Shown here: one piece after another, positions 62,145 through 64,000 of the stretch
Numbering within the stretch: position 1 is the stretch's first letter
Layout of the letters: every line of letters starts with the position of its first letter
NCBI GenBank assembly: GCA_963741385.1
Contig: CAVUHO010000003.1
Location: 435,935-499,934 of the forward strand
DNA: 64,000 nucleotides
Direction: 5' to 3'
From: Candidatus Sulfomarinibacteraceae bacterium
GTDB taxonomy: Bacteria > Acidobacteriota > Thermoanaerobaculia > Thermoanaerobaculales > Sulfomarinibacteraceae
The notes under the pieces: model-generated
Seen by the model: only the letters and a program-made list of their open reading frames with translations
What the model was told of the DNA's origin: nothing
Database searches by the model: none
Translations under genes and position numbers: made by a program

Positions 62145-62146
62145 TT

Positions 62147-62851
62147 TCAGTCGAGCGTGATCACCGCGTCGCCGACTCCGACTGACACTTCGATGTGGAA
62201 GGCGCCGTCACCCTCCCAGGTGGCGGAGTGGCCGATAAATCCGCCACTCGAGATCTTCGTGCCGCGGACCGTGAGGCTAGCGTCTCCCACCCCGCCGGCC
62301 CCTTCGGCAGAGGCGTAGACCGACGCGGGGGCCCGCACCACGGCGGTGCCGACGCCGAGGTCGATCGAGATGTCCCCCCCGCCGGCCTCGACCCGGATCT
62401 CTCCGACGCCCGAGTTGATCTCGACGCCGGAGTCGGCGCCCCGAATATCGATATCGCCCACTCCGTGGTTCAGCTTGACTGCGACCGTGGCGGGTATCGT
62501 GATGCTCCAGTTCTCCTCGAACCGGCGGTCGTCGTCCGCCTTGGGCTTGATGGTGAGCTCGAGACGGTCGCGTTTGATTTCCGCGCTCAAAGAGGCGGCC
62601 TCAACCTCCTGCTCGGCCCTTCGTTTGGATGAGAAGATGCCTCCGCGGCGGGGGGTGAGGACGACCTCCACGATGATTTCCTCGGCGCCCGGTACGGCGT
62701 GGATCTCGACGTCGCCGACGCCGCTGTCGAGGACCAGCCCGCTGATCGAACCCACGGTCACCGAGCGGGTCAACGTGCGGGTATCGGCGGCATCCGCGGT
62801 GGCGAGGCCTGCCGAGATCAGCAGTAGGAAGAGAATTGGGCACCTTTTCAT
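62147..62851 (-). CDS. DUF4097-like beta-strand-repeat (putative adhesin) protein, secreted
   Basis: Signal peptide MKRCPILFLLLISAGLATADA. Repeated GVGD(I/V)xI motifs (GVGDVEIHA, GVGDIDIRG, GVGEIRVEA, GVGTAVVRA). Confidence 0.65.
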   Translation of the reverse strand: MKRCPILFLLLISAGLATADAADTRTLTRSVTVGSISGLVLDSGVGDVEIHAVPGAEEIIVEVVLTPRRGGIFSSKRRAEQEVEAASLSAEIKRDRLELTIKPKADDDRRFEENWSITIPATVAVKLNHGVGDIDIRGADSGVEINSGVGEIRVEAGGGDISIDLGVGTAVVRAPASVYASAEGAGGVGDASLTVRGTKISSGGFIGHSATWEGDGAFHIEVSVGVGDAVITLD

Positions 62852-62924
62852 GGTCGGCTCCTTTGCGGCCGTTCACGACGGCTCACCGGGAGAAACGTGA
62901 TCCACCGGAAAAGGTTCGCCGTCC

Positions 62925-63884
62925 TCACTTCCGAATATCGGAAATGCTGAGCACGATCTCGGCCGAGGCCGTTTCGACGTCGAAGGTCGGCCCGTCGCCG
63001 GACAGGCGGAGGGTGCTGCCATCGCCGGCAACCTCACCCGGGAGCTCGCTGGTGATGCTGCCGGTGGTGGTGGTCAACGTGCCCTGAGGGTTCACCCCTT
63101 GCGGGACAGCGAGCTGGACGCGGCCCGAGGACGACCGGATCCTGATCGTGGAATCCTTACCGAGGCGGTCCCACGTGATGGAGATCTTGCCGGTCGACGT
63201 GCTCACGTCGATCGAGCCGGAGAGATTCTCCAACCAGATTTTTCCGGAGGCCGTGCTGACCTTCGCCTCCTGGGCCCCACCCACCAGCCGCACGTCGCCG
63301 GACGAGGTGCTTGCGGTGAAGGCTTCCAACGGCCGGATGACCTCGATGTTGATGTCCCCGTCGGCGCCATCGATACGCAGGGATGCGGCCGCACCCGTCA
63401 TCGTCATATCTCCCGCCATCGATCGCAGCCGGAGAGGGCGCGCGTCGGGGAAGTCCCCACGCACCTGGAGACTCCCCTTGGTGGTGGTGAGGTCCGGAAT
63501 GACGCCCCCGGGAACCAGCAGATCGAGCCGCGCGCGAGCCGACAGGCTGCCGAACCAGAGAAAGCCCGATTTGGCGGGGTTGACGGTGACGTGGAGCACG
63601 TCCTCTGCGTCGTCAAACGACGGCGTGTGATCGTCGATCCAGCCCTGGCCCTTCTCATCGCCGGTGCCGCTGATGTGGAGTTGAACCTGCGCCTCGATCT
63701 GGCTCAAGTCGGCAGTCCGCAGCGTGACGTCGAGGTCTGCGGCGTCGACCACCAGGGTCTTGCCCTCCACGAACGGAAAACGTTCGGTGACGTCGAGGTC
63801 CTTTTGCGCAGTCGATCCGAAGGCCGCCCAGGAAACGGTGAGGACGGCGGGCAGGAGGGTCTTCAGCAGCGATCTCGAGAGCAT
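62925..63884 (-). CDS. DUF4097 family beta-strand-repeat protein, secreted
   Basis: MLSRSLLKTLLPAVLTVSWAAFG is signal-like. Repeated units SGDV/GKI/GRV (TSSGDVRLVG, TASGKIWLEN, TSTGKISITW, SSSGRVQLAV, TTTGSITSEL). Start reset to 63884 after AAGGGAG. Confidence 0.7.
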   Translation of the reverse strand: MLSRSLLKTLLPAVLTVSWAAFGSTAQKDLDVTERFPFVEGKTLVVDAADLDVTLRTADLSQIEAQVQLHISGTGDEKGQGWIDDHTPSFDDAEDVLHVTVNPAKSGFLWFGSLSARARLDLLVPGGVIPDLTTTKGSLQVRGDFPDARPLRLRSMAGDMTMTGAAASLRIDGADGDINIEVIRPLEAFTASTSSGDVRLVGGAQEAKVSTASGKIWLENLSGSIDVSTSTGKISITWDRLGKDSTIRIRSSSGRVQLAVPQGVNPQGTLTTTTGSITSELPGEVAGDGSTLRLSGDGPTFDVETASAEIVLSISDIRK

Positions 63885-64000
63885 GATCGGGCTCCCTTCA
63901 TGGGGTTGGAAACTGCAGGATGTCGGCGGGCCGCACTTTTCGCCTCGGAAGTCGGGGCCCTGCGTCGAGGCGCGGGTTGGCGTTTGCGGCAAACGCGCGC

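Overview
High-GC (roughly 63-65% by eye) chromosomal segment from a diderm bacterium. The KDO/LPS genes, OmpA, an outer-membrane barrel with a Wza-like exporter, and a Ser/Thr kinase with a C-terminal TPR region suggest an Acidobacteriota-like organism; this is a low-confidence inference. All calls come from motif recognition in the supplied translations and my own reading of the DNA; no searches were run. I support about 55 protein-coding genes, mostly housekeeping: kdsB-pyrG-kdsA-kdsD, a DUF3516-type helicase, fadN-fadA, dnaK-hspR-sigma factor, hpt, pgsA-MMPL-Lon-like, secA-guaB, gmd, ftcD and an OPT transporter. I found no rRNA, tRNA, CRISPR array, transposase, integrase or reverse transcriptase. 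The ORF track often over-extends N-termini, since it uses the longest ATG/GTG/TTG start, so I re-set starts using RBS and homology logic. It also contains many long antisense shadow ORFs, which I rejected. Four things stand out. (1) A family of composite intergenic elements is built from tandem 7-8 nt units flanking GC-rich cores and hairpins, at 10 or more loci. One near-identical inverted pair exactly brackets a single-domain asparaginase-like ORF. (2) An uncharacterised three-gene operon encodes DUF1844, a TPR/zinc-ribbon membrane protein, and a protein combining a DUF4388/PATAN domain, a tandem MshEN-like c-di-GMP motif, a TM helix and a GspG-like pseudopilin domain. (3) There are several gene remnants, including two kinase 5' stubs and two NTF2-fold C-terminal fragments. 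The kinase TPR region also contains an apparently compensated multi-frameshift. (4) Regulatory sites are readable: a HAIR-like operator on the dnaK promoter with hspR downstream, a FadR-type palindrome upstream of fadN, and an operator-like inverted repeat over a promoter at 40.1 kb.
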